Source: a virus (Duplodnaviria > Heunggongvirae > Uroviricota > Caudoviricetes). From it: DNA of 29,906 bases. The notes below the pieces were generated by a model, which ran no database searches, was not told where the DNA came from, and saw only the letters and a program-made list of their open reading frames with translations. The position numbers and the translations under genes are program-made. This document shows positions 18,008 through 27,509 of the stretch, one piece after another (the first letter of the stretch is position 1; each line of letters opens with the position of its first letter). The DNA lies in the IMG/VR virus record IMGVR_UViG_2778261574_000001, positions 1-29,906 of that record. The stretch is one strand, 5' to 3'.

Positions 18008-18240
18008 TAGTGGATCTCCTGCGCTTCGTTCTGGATTGCTTCAGCAGTCACACGCAGCAGTTCTGCCGCTTCCACGTGGTTTAGCTGACGGGATGAGATA
18101 TGACACGCCAGGCTATCAAGGCGAGCTGCCATTGCTTCAGCCCTTGCCCGGCGTTCTTCCAGACGAGCCTCTGTCAGTAAAATATTAAGCCCTGCGTCAT
18201 CCGGTCCGGTTTTAGTCGTGAGGGTTTCAATATTACGCAT
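18007..18240 (-). CDS. Hypothetical protein (P2 early-region small ORF)
   Basis: ORF track 18007..18246 begins at TTG; ATG at 18238-18240 (MRNIETLTTKTGPDDAGLNILLTEARLEERRARAEAMAARLD...); stop overlaps the start of the TraR-like gene. Confidence 0.55.
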   Translation of the reverse strand: MRNIETLTTKTGPDDAGLNILLTEARLEERRARAEAMAARLDSLACHISSRQLNHVEAAELLRVTAEAIQNEAQEIH

Positions 18241-18307
18241 AATCAATTCTCCTGAATTTAGATAAAGGGATGCCCGGCGGGTTTACGCCATTAATTTCAT
18301 TAGTTGG

Positions 18308-18649
18308 TTAATTCGGCATGGTTAGCCGTCTGGGAAATAAGCTCACCACTGCACGAAGATGATTCATTACTTTAATCAACTCCCGCTTTTCGTCAGTGGT
18401 CAGTTCATTAATGCTGATGCTATGACGTTCAGCTGGAATTTTTGCTATAAAGAATATAGCAGCCAGCGCCCGTTTATTTCGTTCATAATTAACATCCCGT
18501 GGATCACGTATATCTTTAATAAACCGCTCAAGCTCTGACTCAATATTCAGGCCAAATACTTTCGCCCTTAACTCCGCAATATGATTAAGTCCATTCAGGC
18601 GTTCACCTGGGCTTAATGGAACAGTCGCCGCAGCGCCATTAATTGCCAT
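18308..18649 (-). CDS. Hypothetical protein, 113 aa
   Basis: ATG at 18647-18649; no recognisable family. Confidence 0.55.
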   Translation of the reverse strand: MAINGAAATVPLSPGERLNGLNHIAELRAKVFGLNIESELERFIKDIRDPRDVNYERNKRALAAIFFIAKIPAERHSISINELTTDEKRELIKVMNHLRAVVSLFPRRLTMPN

Positions 18650-18671
18650 AATTCATATCCCCAAAACGCAA

Positions 18672-18896
18672 CTATCGCTCTTTGTTCTTACGGTAACGCT
18701 CAAGAGGAGATATATTTTTTCGTATCATCTCTTTAACCTGCTCTCCCCGTAAAAACGTCCCATCCTTTAGCGTGAAAAAGTAACTGCCATCGCCCGACAA
18801 CGACGGATAACAACAGAGCAAATCATCTTCAGGTACTGAATAACTCTCCCCTCTGTAACGAAACTGATAAACCACTTCACTTTCCGCTGCATACAT
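18672..18896 (-). CDS. Hypothetical protein, 74 aa
   Basis: ATG at 18894-18896 with SD GGAGA; MYAAESEVVYQFRYRGESYSVPEDDLLCCYPSLSGDGSYFFTLKDGTFLRGEQVKE... Confidence 0.55.
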   Translation of the reverse strand: MYAAESEVVYQFRYRGESYSVPEDDLLCCYPSLSGDGSYFFTLKDGTFLRGEQVKEMIRKNISPLERYRKNKER

Positions 18897-19063
18897 TTTG
18901 ACTTTCTCCGTTTCCCCGTGGTCAATTCAGACAGCAATTCATCTTGTGAACGGCACGGATGCCAGCGTTTACCATCCTCACCCATGATCCAGCCGTGACC
19001 GTAGTGCATTGCCGGGCTTTGTTTTACCAGCAGCGATGCAAATGATGGTTCTTTCGTCAGCAT
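18767..19063 (-). CDS. Hypothetical protein (about 98 aa from the ATG); 3' part overlaps the 74-aa ORF in another frame
   Basis: ATG at 19061-19063 with SD GAGGTG; N-terminal MLTKEPSFASLLVKQSPAMHYGHGWIMGEDGKRWHPCRSQDELL... looks protein-like; C-terminal third is low-complexity and may be read-through. Confidence 0.4.
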   Translation of the reverse strand: MLTKEPSFASLLVKQSPAMHYGHGWIMGEDGKRWHPCRSQDELLSELTTGKRRKSKCMQRKVKWFISFVTEGRVIQYLKMICSVVIRRCRAMAVTFSR

Positions 19064-19070
19064 AAGCACC

Positions 19071-19580
19071 TCACAGCAAACCGAATGAAGCACCGAGGCC
19101 AGTCACGGTATCAACTGCACTCGCCATCGCAGGATTAGCCTGTAAACGGGCCTGCAATGAAACAGCCGCCAGCGCCATCAGTCGTGTTACAGAGTTAATG
19201 CTGCTGATAGCATCACGACGACCTGCACTGGTTTTTACATCGCCAGATACCGCACCTGCAGCAACACGCCCGATCTCTGCGGTTGCACTCATGACGTAAT
19301 GTGGCAGTTTCTCTTTTGCCACCTCATTAATTGGTACGCATGGCAGGCAGTGAATCTGTGCCAGAAAGCCATCTACCAGCGTTGAATCTTCAGTCAGATC
19401 GGTGAGCAACCAGATTTCTGGCGCTGTGAGCTGATGCGGTTGATCTGGGTTGAGTTTGTTTCGCAGTGTCTGAACATTCATTCCTGCACGTTCTGCCAGC
19501 TTCGCCATATTGTGGCGTAGTGCAAAAGCTCTACAGGCTTCATCAAAATGCGGATGTTTGGAAATCTTGTAATCAAACAT
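19071..19580 (-). CDS. B: Replication protein B (helicase loader, P2 gpB family)
   Basis: 169 aa, MFDYKISKHPHFDEACRAFALRHNMAKLAERAGMNVQTLRNKLNPDQPHQLTAPEIWLLTDLTEDSTLVDGFLAQIHCLPC...; SD AAGGGGG. Confidence 0.9.
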   Translation of the reverse strand: MFDYKISKHPHFDEACRAFALRHNMAKLAERAGMNVQTLRNKLNPDQPHQLTAPEIWLLTDLTEDSTLVDGFLAQIHCLPCVPINEVAKEKLPHYVMSATAEIGRVAAGAVSGDVKTSAGRRDAISSINSVTRLMALAAVSLQARLQANPAMASAVDTVTGLGASFGLL

Positions 19581-19612
19581 GCTGCCCCCTTAGAAAGTTC
19601 TCATAATTGAAC

Positions 19613-19861
19613 TTAGCCACCAACGATGACATTAAAATTGAAATTGGATTGGCCCATGTTTTTCCTGACTTGTTCCTTTTTGTACTCAAGGTAACGTATA
19701 CATACTCTGTCTTTCGGTTTTTCCTTTTTTTCCAAGAATTTAGCGAGCTTACCATTATGAATCATTTGATATACCGAACCGCGAGAGCGGCCTTCCCATT
19801 CCGCGAACTCTGCAGGTGTCGCCATCACTTTTGGTACACGAATTGAAATGTCGTTGCTCAT
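19613..19861 (-). CDS. cox: Cox/Apl-like excisionase-type early regulator (first lytic-operon gene, divergent from the repressor)
   Basis: 82 aa, small basic HTH-like protein (MSNDISIRVPKVMATPAEFAEWEGRSRGSVYQMIHNGKLAKF...); position as P2 cox / 186 apl. Confidence 0.6.
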   Translation of the reverse strand: MSNDISIRVPKVMATPAEFAEWEGRSRGSVYQMIHNGKLAKFLEKKEKPKDRVCIRYLEYKKEQVRKNMGQSNFNFNVIVGG

Positions 19862-19918
19862 AGTGCAGTATCTCTCGATTAAGGTTTGGTTTATGTCGTT
19901 TTATCTTGTTTTATTAGA

Positions 19919-19967
19919 TTCAATATTTGATACATCGAGATACTACGATCCAATATTTGATACGTCA
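19919..19967. promoter_or_regulatory. Two direct repeats (caatatttgatac, 30 bp apart) in the cox-repressor intergenic region; putative immunity operators / divergent early promoters
   Basis: Repeats at about 19921-19933 and 19951-19963, read directly; P2-type repressors bind direct-repeat operators spanning the early promoter. Confidence 0.45.
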
Positions 19968-19980
19968 ATAGGATTAAGAA

Positions 19981-20613
19981 ATGATACAGGTAAAAGCTGG
20001 CGAGAATACAGGGGGAAGAGAGGCTATCCATAGACTAATGGCAGCCTATGATTTCAAGTCCAGACAGCAACTTTGCGATCACTTAGGCGCATCAAAAAGC
20101 ACTATGGCAAACAGATACTTAAGAGATAGCTTTCCCGCAGAGTGGGTGATTCAGTGCGCCTTGGAAACAGGAGTTTCTTTACTGTGGCTAACCACCGGAC
20201 AAGGCGAGCCAGGTTCAAACATTGACCCTAAAAAAAATATCAATTCTGTGAACTCCAGCAGGGTTAAACCTCTTTCTGAGCTTGTATCTCCTGAAATTGA
20301 CAAGGCAACTCTCAACGGTGGTTTATTGGTCGATGCTGGAAAAGCAATCATTGATAGCAGCATACTCCCCTCAGACTCAAGCAACCTGCTGCTGGTGAGT
20401 ACTTCTGGTGATTCTTATTTAATAGATCGCAACCAAACACCACCAGTAAATGGTACGTGGTTAGTGGACATCGACGGGATAAAAAGCATTGTAAAATTGA
20501 CACGACTCCCGGGAAACAGATTAGTAGTGCATCAGGATGATTCATCGTTTGAGTGCGAACTGGATGACATTGAGGTAATAGGTCGCGCACTGAAAATTAT
20601 TAAGAGCCTTTGA
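19981..20613 (+). CDS. cI: Immunity repressor, CI-type (186 CI-like size class: N-terminal HTH plus C-terminal domain)
   Basis: 210 aa, ATG at 19981 with AGGA upstream; transcribed toward int as the P2 C/186 cI gene is; N-terminal region HTH-like (...QQLCDHLGASKSTMANRYLRDS...). Confidence 0.7.
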   Translation: MIQVKAGENTGGREAIHRLMAAYDFKSRQQLCDHLGASKSTMANRYLRDSFPAEWVIQCALETGVSLLWLTTGQGEPGSNIDPKKNINSVNSSRVKPLSELVSPEIDKATLNGGLLVDAGKAIIDSSILPSDSSNLLLVSTSGDSYLIDRNQTPPVNGTWLVDIDGIKSIVKLTRLPGNRLVVHQDDSSFECELDDIEVIGRALKIIKSL

Positions 20614-20614
20614 T

Positions 20615-21640
20615 ATGACCATCAGAAAACAGCCGAACGGAAAGTGGTTATGTGAATGCTACCCAAACGGAAGAGATGGCAAACGCGTACGCAAACAATT
20701 TGCGACGAAAGGCGAAGCCATTGCGTTTGAGAATTTCACCATGGATGAGGTAAACAAGAAACCTTGGCTGGGAGAAAAGGAAGATCGGCGACAACTGTCA
20801 GAAGTGATTGAGCAATGGTATTCCCTGTACGGTCAGACACTCGCTGACCCTAAACGATTAATGGCTAAGTTAAAAATCATTTGTAATGGACTTGGCGATC
20901 CCATCGCTTCTGAATTGACAGCAGGTGATTTCACAAAGTACCGGGAAGCCAGATTAAAAGGTGAGGTCAAAAACGAAGATGGCGTGCTCATGTCACCGGT
21001 TAAGCCCAGAACGGTGAACCTTGAACAGCGTAACCTATCCTCAGTTTTTGGCACACTGAAAAAGCTGGGACATTGGTCTGCACCCAACCCCCTCGCCGGT
21101 CTGCCAACTTTCAAAATTGCAGAAGGTGAACTGGCGTTCCTTGCTGCTGATGAAATCAAACGCCTGCTTGACGCATGTGCTGAATCTCAAAGTCCCAGTC
21201 TGCTAATGATTGCCAAGATTTGCCTGGCTACCGGGGCAAGATGGAGCGAAGCCGAAAACCTGCAAGGTAACCAGATATCAAAGTATCGAATTACCTATAC
21301 CAAAACAAAAGGAAAGAAAAACCGAACTGTTCCTATTTCTCAGGAACTGTATGAAGAATTACCCAAAAACAGAGGAAAGTTATTCACACCATGCCGAAAG
21401 GCTTTTGAGCGTGCGGTAAAACGAGCTGGAATTGAACTACCTGAAGGTCAATGTACCCACGTTCTGCGCCACACTTTCGCCAGCCACTTTATGATGAACG
21501 GCGGAAACATTTTGGTATTGAGGGATATTTTAGGACACGCTGATATTAAAATGACCATGATTTATGCCCATTTTGCTCCGGATCATCTGGAAGATGCCGT
21601 TACCAAAAATCCACTTCATAACCTCAACTGGCATCGCTAA
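20615..21640 (+). CDS. int: Tyrosine integrase (P2 Int family)
   Basis: 341 aa; C-terminal catalytic region with ...HVLRHTFASHFMMNGGNILVLRDILGHADIKMTMIYAHF...; adjacent to the att site. Confidence 0.95.
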   Translation: MTIRKQPNGKWLCECYPNGRDGKRVRKQFATKGEAIAFENFTMDEVNKKPWLGEKEDRRQLSEVIEQWYSLYGQTLADPKRLMAKLKIICNGLGDPIASELTAGDFTKYREARLKGEVKNEDGVLMSPVKPRTVNLEQRNLSSVFGTLKKLGHWSAPNPLAGLPTFKIAEGELAFLAADEIKRLLDACAESQSPSLLMIAKICLATGARWSEAENLQGNQISKYRITYTKTKGKKNRTVPISQELYEELPKNRGKLFTPCRKAFERAVKRAGIELPEGQCTHVLRHTFASHFMMNGGNILVLRDILGHADIKMTMIYAHFAPDHLEDAVTKNPLHNLNWHR

Positions 21641-21757
21641 TAAATGGCGGCACTTTGGCGGCAGAGCACTAAAAACAAGTAAAACAAGCAAACACAGATT
21701 AACATTAACATCATGATTTAAAATGAGAAAATATGATTTCGTTAGTATAAAAATGGT

Positions 21758-21802
21758 ATGTAGGAATTTCGGACGCGGGTTCAACTCCCGCCAGCTCCAC
21801 CA
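21758..21802 (+). other. ssrA: attR: 45-nt copy of the 3' end of tmRNA (ssrA) ending in CCA, with no upstream ssrA body
   Basis: atgtaggaatttcggacgcgggttcaactcccgccagctccacca matches the E. coli ssrA 3' end from memory; sequence immediately upstream is phage (int), not ssrA. Confidence 0.8.
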
Positions 21803-21929
21803 ATCATGATTGGACGGTATAAGGACAACACCAATAAAAACAGGAAGTTAGCAGTCTCAGCAGGACACCGACCAGACGGTGAAGAGACATAAAAGGATAC
21901 GCAAAGGAGCCGCGGCTCCTGGTGACATG

Positions 21930-21954
21930 AAAGCCCACAGATGTGGGCTTTTTC
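21930..21954 (+). terminator. Rho-independent terminator (perfect 10-bp stem plus T-run)
   Basis: aaagcccaca-ga-tgtgggcttttt read directly; a second palindrome ggagccgcggctcc lies just upstream (about 21907-21918). Confidence 0.6.
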
Positions 21955-21962
21955 GTTGATGG

Positions 21963-24900
21963 TCAGAACGACCAGTTCACACCAGCTACCCCGTTCCACG
22001 GGGATTCCACACCGGCACCATGGCTATACCCCACCCCAAGATGCCCGCTTAACGTACTGCTGAATGAGGCTTTAATACCTGCCTGGTATATTCCACGTCT
22101 GCCCGACAAATCATTGACGAAATTACCGTCACTATTCACTTTCACCCGGTTATCATCGACAAATTCTTTGCGCACAGCCGCCTTCAGCCACGGCTCAACT
22201 TCCATACCGTTCCCCAGACGCATGTTGTAACTCAGCGTTGCACCCAGTTCACGATATAAACTGCGGGTATCGACTGATTTCGATTCCATGCCATTGGATA
22301 AATGATATTCAGGGTTATCAGCGGTGAACCCCCGTTAACGATGCATACGGCGTCAGGTTCCAGTTACCATCGGTAAATCGCATCCCGGTTTCAATGTGAC
22401 CGCCCAGCCCGTTGCTGCGATAACTGCCGTTGGCGGCTCCACCGCTGCCAACCGTGGAGTCGCGAGCTTCGGTACCTGCTAATACCAATAAATTATCGCC
22501 ATTTTCCAGCAACATATTGGTCGCTAAATTGCCGGAAATGGAAAAAGTGCCGTACTGGTGAGTACCGCTGATTTCAATACCGTTAGCCGTGCTCGTCTGG
22601 AGAGCGGCACCGCTGTTCTGGACGATATCTGTCGCTTTGCCATTATCGTTAACTGTCAGCGTACCGCCTTCATTGATCTTTGTTTTTATTGCCTCTCCGT
22701 TAGCTGAAACTGTTTGTATTCCGCCGTCGTTAATCGTTGTCTCATTCGCCACCCCCTCGACGATTTGTTCGCCGCCGGTGAGCGTCGTGCCTGTCGCAGT
22801 GGCTTTTGTTTTGACGATCTCCCGTCCGCCCGTATTGACCTGTGTTTTGTCAGAAGAGGTGTCTGACTCCATGGTTAACACGCCGCCATTTGCCAGCAGG
22901 ATATTGTTCGCCGCACCCTGCTCGATGCTGAACGCGACGCCATCCGCGCGTGTTCCTGTGACCCGCGTCGCCCTGGTGGTTGCAACCAAAGCGTCCTGGC
23001 TACTCTGCTGTATCCCCGTTGCGCTGCCTTTCTCCCGCACATCGAGTGTGCCGCCGTCATTAAGCACCGAGTTTTCAGCCAGACCGCCCTCATTAACTAC
23101 CTGTGAACACCCATTAATAATGGAACCTTCCGCTGTCCCGTTTGCCATAATTTGTTGTAGGCCAGAGACGATATCGGTATTGATTGCCTTACCATAATTC
23201 TGAACGGTTTGCGTGCCACCATTGATGTGTGTTTTCTCTGTTGACCCACCATCAACAATTTGTTCACCACTTTCGATATTTGCCTCAGTGGCTAATCCAT
23301 ATACCGTTTGCTTGCCACCTTTGATATTTGCTTTATCAGAAGTGGCACTGGCATATATTGTTTGGGTGCCAGCACTATTGAGTACAGTGCCAACATCTTT
23401 TCCATAAACATCCATTTTGCCGTTGGCATTAATAATCGTATCAACTGCCCGGGAACCAGTGACGACTGTTAATGAGCCAGCGTTTTCCAGCACTACATTT
23501 TTAGCTTCTGAATTCCTGATGTAGAAAGCATCACCATAACTGTTGATTCCTTCGATAAGGGTTCCGGAAGTTGTGGAAGCAATTAATGCGCCGCCGGATT
23601 GTTGCTCAACATGCTTAGCCTCACCACCGTCCTGAACCTCCAGAACGCCACCATTATTAAGTCTGGTGGTATCTGTTTTAGCCTCCTTCTGGACAATCAG
23701 CTTACCGCCAGCATCAACGGTAGTATTTTTCGCCGAGGTTTTAGCCACTACCGTCAGTTCGCCGGTATTTTCCAGCACAACATAATTAGCCTCCCCTCCG
23801 GTAATAGTGAAGTGAGAGAGCTTGTTGTATCCTTCAATATCAGTCCCTGCGCCCGTGTTGGCAACTAAAGCACTGCCCGTCTCCTGGTTAACCCCATGTG
23901 CAATACCACCGGTATAGACAATCAGCGAGCCTCCGGCGCTAATATTGCTGCCAGTTGCCGTACCATCTTTCTCAACAACCTGCCGGCTCCCGGAGGATAT
24001 AATTGTCGTGTCAGCTTTCCCGCCGCTCTTGATATTTTGCGTTCCGCCGTTGATATTGGTACCCGTGGCAATACCATGATTATTAATATTCTGTGTACCA
24101 CCATTGATTATGGTATTGGTCGCGTTTCCGGTAACATCCATTACCCCGCCGTTATCTATTCGGGTCGCATCAGCTTTAGCATTCGTTAAAACTGACATTG
24201 TTCCTTTATCTTTAATAATCGTCTTGTTTGCCGAACCATATGCGTTTATGTCTAAATGACCACCGTTTTCCAGCAACACATTGTCTGCCACGTGATTGCG
24301 GATGGAGAATGCACCTTCACTATTCGTACCGCTCACCGTCGTACCGTTAGTGTTTGTTTTTAAAATTGCACCATCGTGCTGGGTAACATTTGTTGCCGTA
24401 CCACCACTAACATCAAGCACGCCACCGGAATAAACTTCAATAACATCCGAGGAGCTGGTGTAATCAACAATTTGCGTACCACCAGAATAGATCTGAGTAT
24501 TTTTTGCCGTTGACTTATTATTCAGAGACTGAGTTCCACCTTCAATCGTCGTGTCCAGCGCATGGCTTTCATATACTCTTTGCTCACCGCCATTTTTAAT
24601 GGTGGTTGTTCCTACTGTGCTCTGTTCAACATACTGTCGTCCACCATTTATGATTGTGTTCGTTGCAATACTTCCTTGCGTGATGTCCTGATAACCGGAC
24701 TTATTTATCGTTGTACCATCAACATGCCCCTGAGTTGTTACTGTCTGCCCTCCACCATCAATGATGGTTCCATTCGCAGTCCCCCCACTTATGTGTGAAT
24801 TACCACCCTTAATTGTCGTTCCATTGCTGATACCACCTGTATAAACGTCCTGATTGCCACTGTCGATTATCGTACCGGTGGAAATGCCCCCGTCATGAAT

Positions 24901-25224
24901 TGTCTGTCTTCCTCCGTTAATGGTTGTATTATTAGCCTGCCCCACAAAATTGTTATGACTTCCTACATCTTGATATCCACCCGATTCAATAAGACTTCCA
25001 TTAGATACCCCGCCATGAACATTCTGCTGGCCATGGTTGATAATATGAGTGTTATTTGTTGTACCTCGTTCATCTACTCTTTGGCTGCCATCTACAGTCT
25101 CATCGTTTACCACACCAATAACATCAGGAGTGAAGGCCGTCATCCCAGGCGGGGCATATATCAAGGCAGATATCAATAAGGAAAGTACTGAGCGGCGACA
25201 ATAATGGGGACTGGTCCTGTTCAT
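21963..25224 (-). pseudogene. AIDA-I-type autotransporter adhesin, reading frame interrupted at a C5/G5 tract (two ORFs: 22318..25224 and 21963..22289)
   Basis: Signal peptide MNRTSPHYCRRSVLSLLISALIYAPPGMTA; long passenger of G/T/N-rich beta-helix repeats; C-terminal ORF ends in the barrel signature ...GVNWSF. Removing one base from the run at 22329-22333 joins the frames as ...TPYASLTG-FTADNPEYHLSNGMESKSVDTRSLYRELG.... Confidence 0.75.
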
Positions 25225-25630
25225 AAATTTCATCCTCTGAAAAGTGAATACTGAGTAGCGTTTAAGCGACCTTAGCTCTGCTGCAACATCAGCCCACAGG
25301 CACCAGACCAGGGGATTCATCCTGAAGAGACAGCGCAAGTGTATTGTGTTCACCGCTCATCAAAGACATCATGATGAAATGATGATATTCCACATAAGAA
25401 AGAAGCATTTTTTAAACGCAGTGCGCTGAAGTATGGTTGGATAAAAAAGTCAATCTATTCAGGGAATACGGGGGTATTCTTTTCTTTCGACAATCAGGCC
25501 GTCGGCAAAATAAAATGATTTACATAATCGTTTCTGATGAATATCTTCTGCTCACATAAAAATAACACAATAACTTTGAGATCGCAGATTCTTTTACTTT
25601 TACAGCATTCGTCCCCCCATTGTTGGGCAA

Positions 25631-25870
25631 ATATAGATTGGGCCAGAGCACGAAAGTTAATACCACGTTTGCACAGCTCCTCCAACAGCACGACAAGATG
25701 CCACATACTGCGCCCCAGTCGGTTCGGTTTACAGACTACCCGTGCGTCCACCGCCGATAATGTCCTGAGCAGTTTTTTCAGTCCGGACCTCCTGCCACGG
25801 TTTTACGTTGAAGAGGTAACCCTGAGCACGCAGTTCATCAGTCAGGCGTGGTGTACCGTAACCCTATTAT
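25631..25870 (-). pseudogene. Remnant of a serine-recombinase (Pin/Hin/Gin-type DNA invertase) gene
   Basis: Minus-strand reading ...RGRRSGLKKLLRTLSAVDARVVCKPNRLGRSMWHLVVLLEELCKRGINFRALAQSI... is co-linear with the invertase core (...RPGLKRALKRL..GDTLVVWKLDRLGRSMKHL...GINF.SLT.SI); no intact N- or C-terminus. Confidence 0.6.
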
Positions 25871-26136
25871 TGATGGGTAAGATCAAAAAAACTTTCAGGC
25901 AGCTAAGGAAAGTTGAACCAGACATTAGAATAAATATTTCAACCAATTACAGCACCAATTCAGACACCGCCAGCTCAACAAATAAATCAAGGGGTTACGT
26001 GAAAGCGTAGCCCCTTTTTCTTTGGTAGTGGCAGCAAAATGGTTGTAGTGTAAAAAATAATCCCGTTTAATCAATCAATAATACATATTGTTTCAATCTA
26101 CGTTATTATCTCTTTGTAAAAATAGCCATTTATTAA

Positions 26137-26880
26137 TCATTGAAAACTGCTTTTAGAACTTGATACAACGGGACTAGTCACAACAGGACTATTCTCAACG
26201 GGATCATCCTCAGAGGAACTATCATCAAAGTCATCATCCATAAATAAAATATCATCGAATGGTGCCACGCCCGTGATGAGTTTTATTTTATTATTACGAT
26301 CAGTCAAGACTCCACTTAAACCGTTTTCGCTCACAGGTTTTAATGATTTTTCATTACTCTTGTTGTAAGCAGGCGCATTAAAAATACACGGAGTATCAAG
26401 ATCAAACAATGACGTTCCCCAGTTCACATATTGAATATCATAGTTACTGAAGTTCTGTCCAGAAAAGAAGCATCCCTTAAAATCCAATCCACCTAAATTA
26501 TATAAACCATCCTCTTCTTTTTGGAGAGTAATGTTAATTTTGGCTATCTCCCGGACATCATCGCCATTTTTATATTTGAATACCGTTTCAAGATTTTCCC
26601 CACACAGTTTGACTTCTGGAAATAATTTGAAATCAAAGCCTATATTATTATGTATCAACGTAGATGAACAAAAGATGGAGAAAGCTTGCAGTGCTGAATT
26701 ATAGCTTTCGATTTTATCCTGAGGCTGCGCTCTTGGTAAAAACTCATAGCAACATTCATAAAAATTAAGTAGAAACTCTGAAGACCTTCCATTTTTATCA
26801 AATAATATCCCCTTGAACTCATTCACAAACGCATCTTTTTTTTCTTGAATATCTATGGGGTGTTCCTTTGACTCTGACAA
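26137..26880 (-). CDS. Hypothetical protein, AT-rich (likely 3' continuation of the upstream ORF; no ATG start)
   Basis: 247-aa frame opens right after the upstream stop and begins at TTG with no convincing SD; first in-frame ATG is near the C-terminus; acidic/Ser-rich tail DDDFDDSSSEDDPVENSPVVTSPVVSSSKSSFQ. Confidence 0.5.
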   Translation of the reverse strand: MSESKEHPIDIQEKKDAFVNEFKGILFDKNGRSSEFLLNFYECCYEFLPRAQPQDKIESYNSALQAFSIFCSSTLIHNNIGFDFKLFPEVKLCGENLETVFKYKNGDDVREIAKINITLQKEEDGLYNLGGLDFKGCFFSGQNFSNYDIQYVNWGTSLFDLDTPCIFNAPAYNKSNEKSLKPVSENGLSGVLTDRNNKIKLITGVAPFDDILFMDDDFDDSSSEDDPVENSPVVTSPVVSSSKSSFQ

Positions 26881-26894
26881 AGATGAAATCTCAT

Positions 26895-27509
26895 CTATTT
26901 TTTTTCATATGAATTACGTGATTCCATACAGACATTTGGCGGCGTTTCTAAAATAACACTACGCGTACTACTTGGCTTAAGTAAACCAACATGAAAATCA
27001 CTTTTTCTTATATTATCGAAAAGGTTCTGTTCATTTCTTTTAGCGCATTCAAAAAACTGATCGTCATTATTTTTATTCGATAATTTTTTAGTTTCAGAAA
27101 ACACATTTTCATTGTTTTCCAGCTTTAGTTTAATGAGAAGATTTTCCCAGACCTGCTTGCTTAAACATATTACGTCAGGCTCACCAGAACTAACTAACTC
27201 GTGATTATTATTAAAGTGTACGTTGAATACCTTTAAGTTATTTTCACCAACTTCATATTTAATACGTTTTAATTGTTCTCCAACTCCCATAATGACAAAG
27301 GCGTTGCCTTCATGATATATACATTCAGACATCATTTTTTGTAAAGTTTCAAGAGCACCGCGATACGTCCCTGAGGCAGCTTTCTTACAAATTAAATTTA
27401 TAATACTATAAGCTAGTAGCTCCATGGATTCAGAAGATTTTCTTTCATTACAATTTCCACTATCTATAAATGAGCTAGTGTTAAATTCGTTGTTTTTACT
27501 AACTAACAT
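26895..27509 (-). CDS. Hypothetical protein, AT-rich (possible 5' part of a single gene split at a T8/A8 tract)
   Basis: 204 aa; ATG at 27507-27509 with SD GAGGAA; N/K/E-rich, no family recognised. Confidence 0.55.
   Translation of the reverse strand: MLVSKNNEFNTSSFIDSGNCNERKSSESMELLAYSIINLICKKAASGTYRGALETLQKMMSECIYHEGNAFVIMGVGEQLKRIKYEVGENNLKVFNVHFNNNHELVSSGEPDVICLSKQVWENLLIKLKLENNENVFSETKKLSNKNNDDQFFECAKRNEQNLFDNIRKSDFHVGLLKPSSTRSVILETPPNVCMESRNSYEKK

Noticed and set aside
19573-19755. 60-aa minus-strand ORF overlapping the cox-like gene in another frame
   Set aside because: Fully embedded in the better-supported cox/apl-like ORF and the B upstream region; no independent support.
19919-19967. 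Considered whether the caatatttgatac repeats could be a CRISPR array
   Set aside because: Only two copies, 13-17 bp, inside a promoter/operator region between divergent regulators; no array structure or cas genes.
22589-23197. 202-aa plus-strand ORF inside the autotransporter
   Set aside because: Antisense shadow ORF of the repetitive passenger region.
25803-25870. Possible IS3-family transposase fragment (reading GYGTPRLTDELRAQGY...)
   Set aside because: Too short and ambiguous; could equally be the degraded, frameshifted N-terminus of the invertase. Folded into the invertase-remnant call rather than reported as an IS element.
25537-26010. 157-aa plus-strand ORF
   Set aside because: Lies over the invertase remnant on the opposite strand and in AT-rich junk; low-complexity translation.
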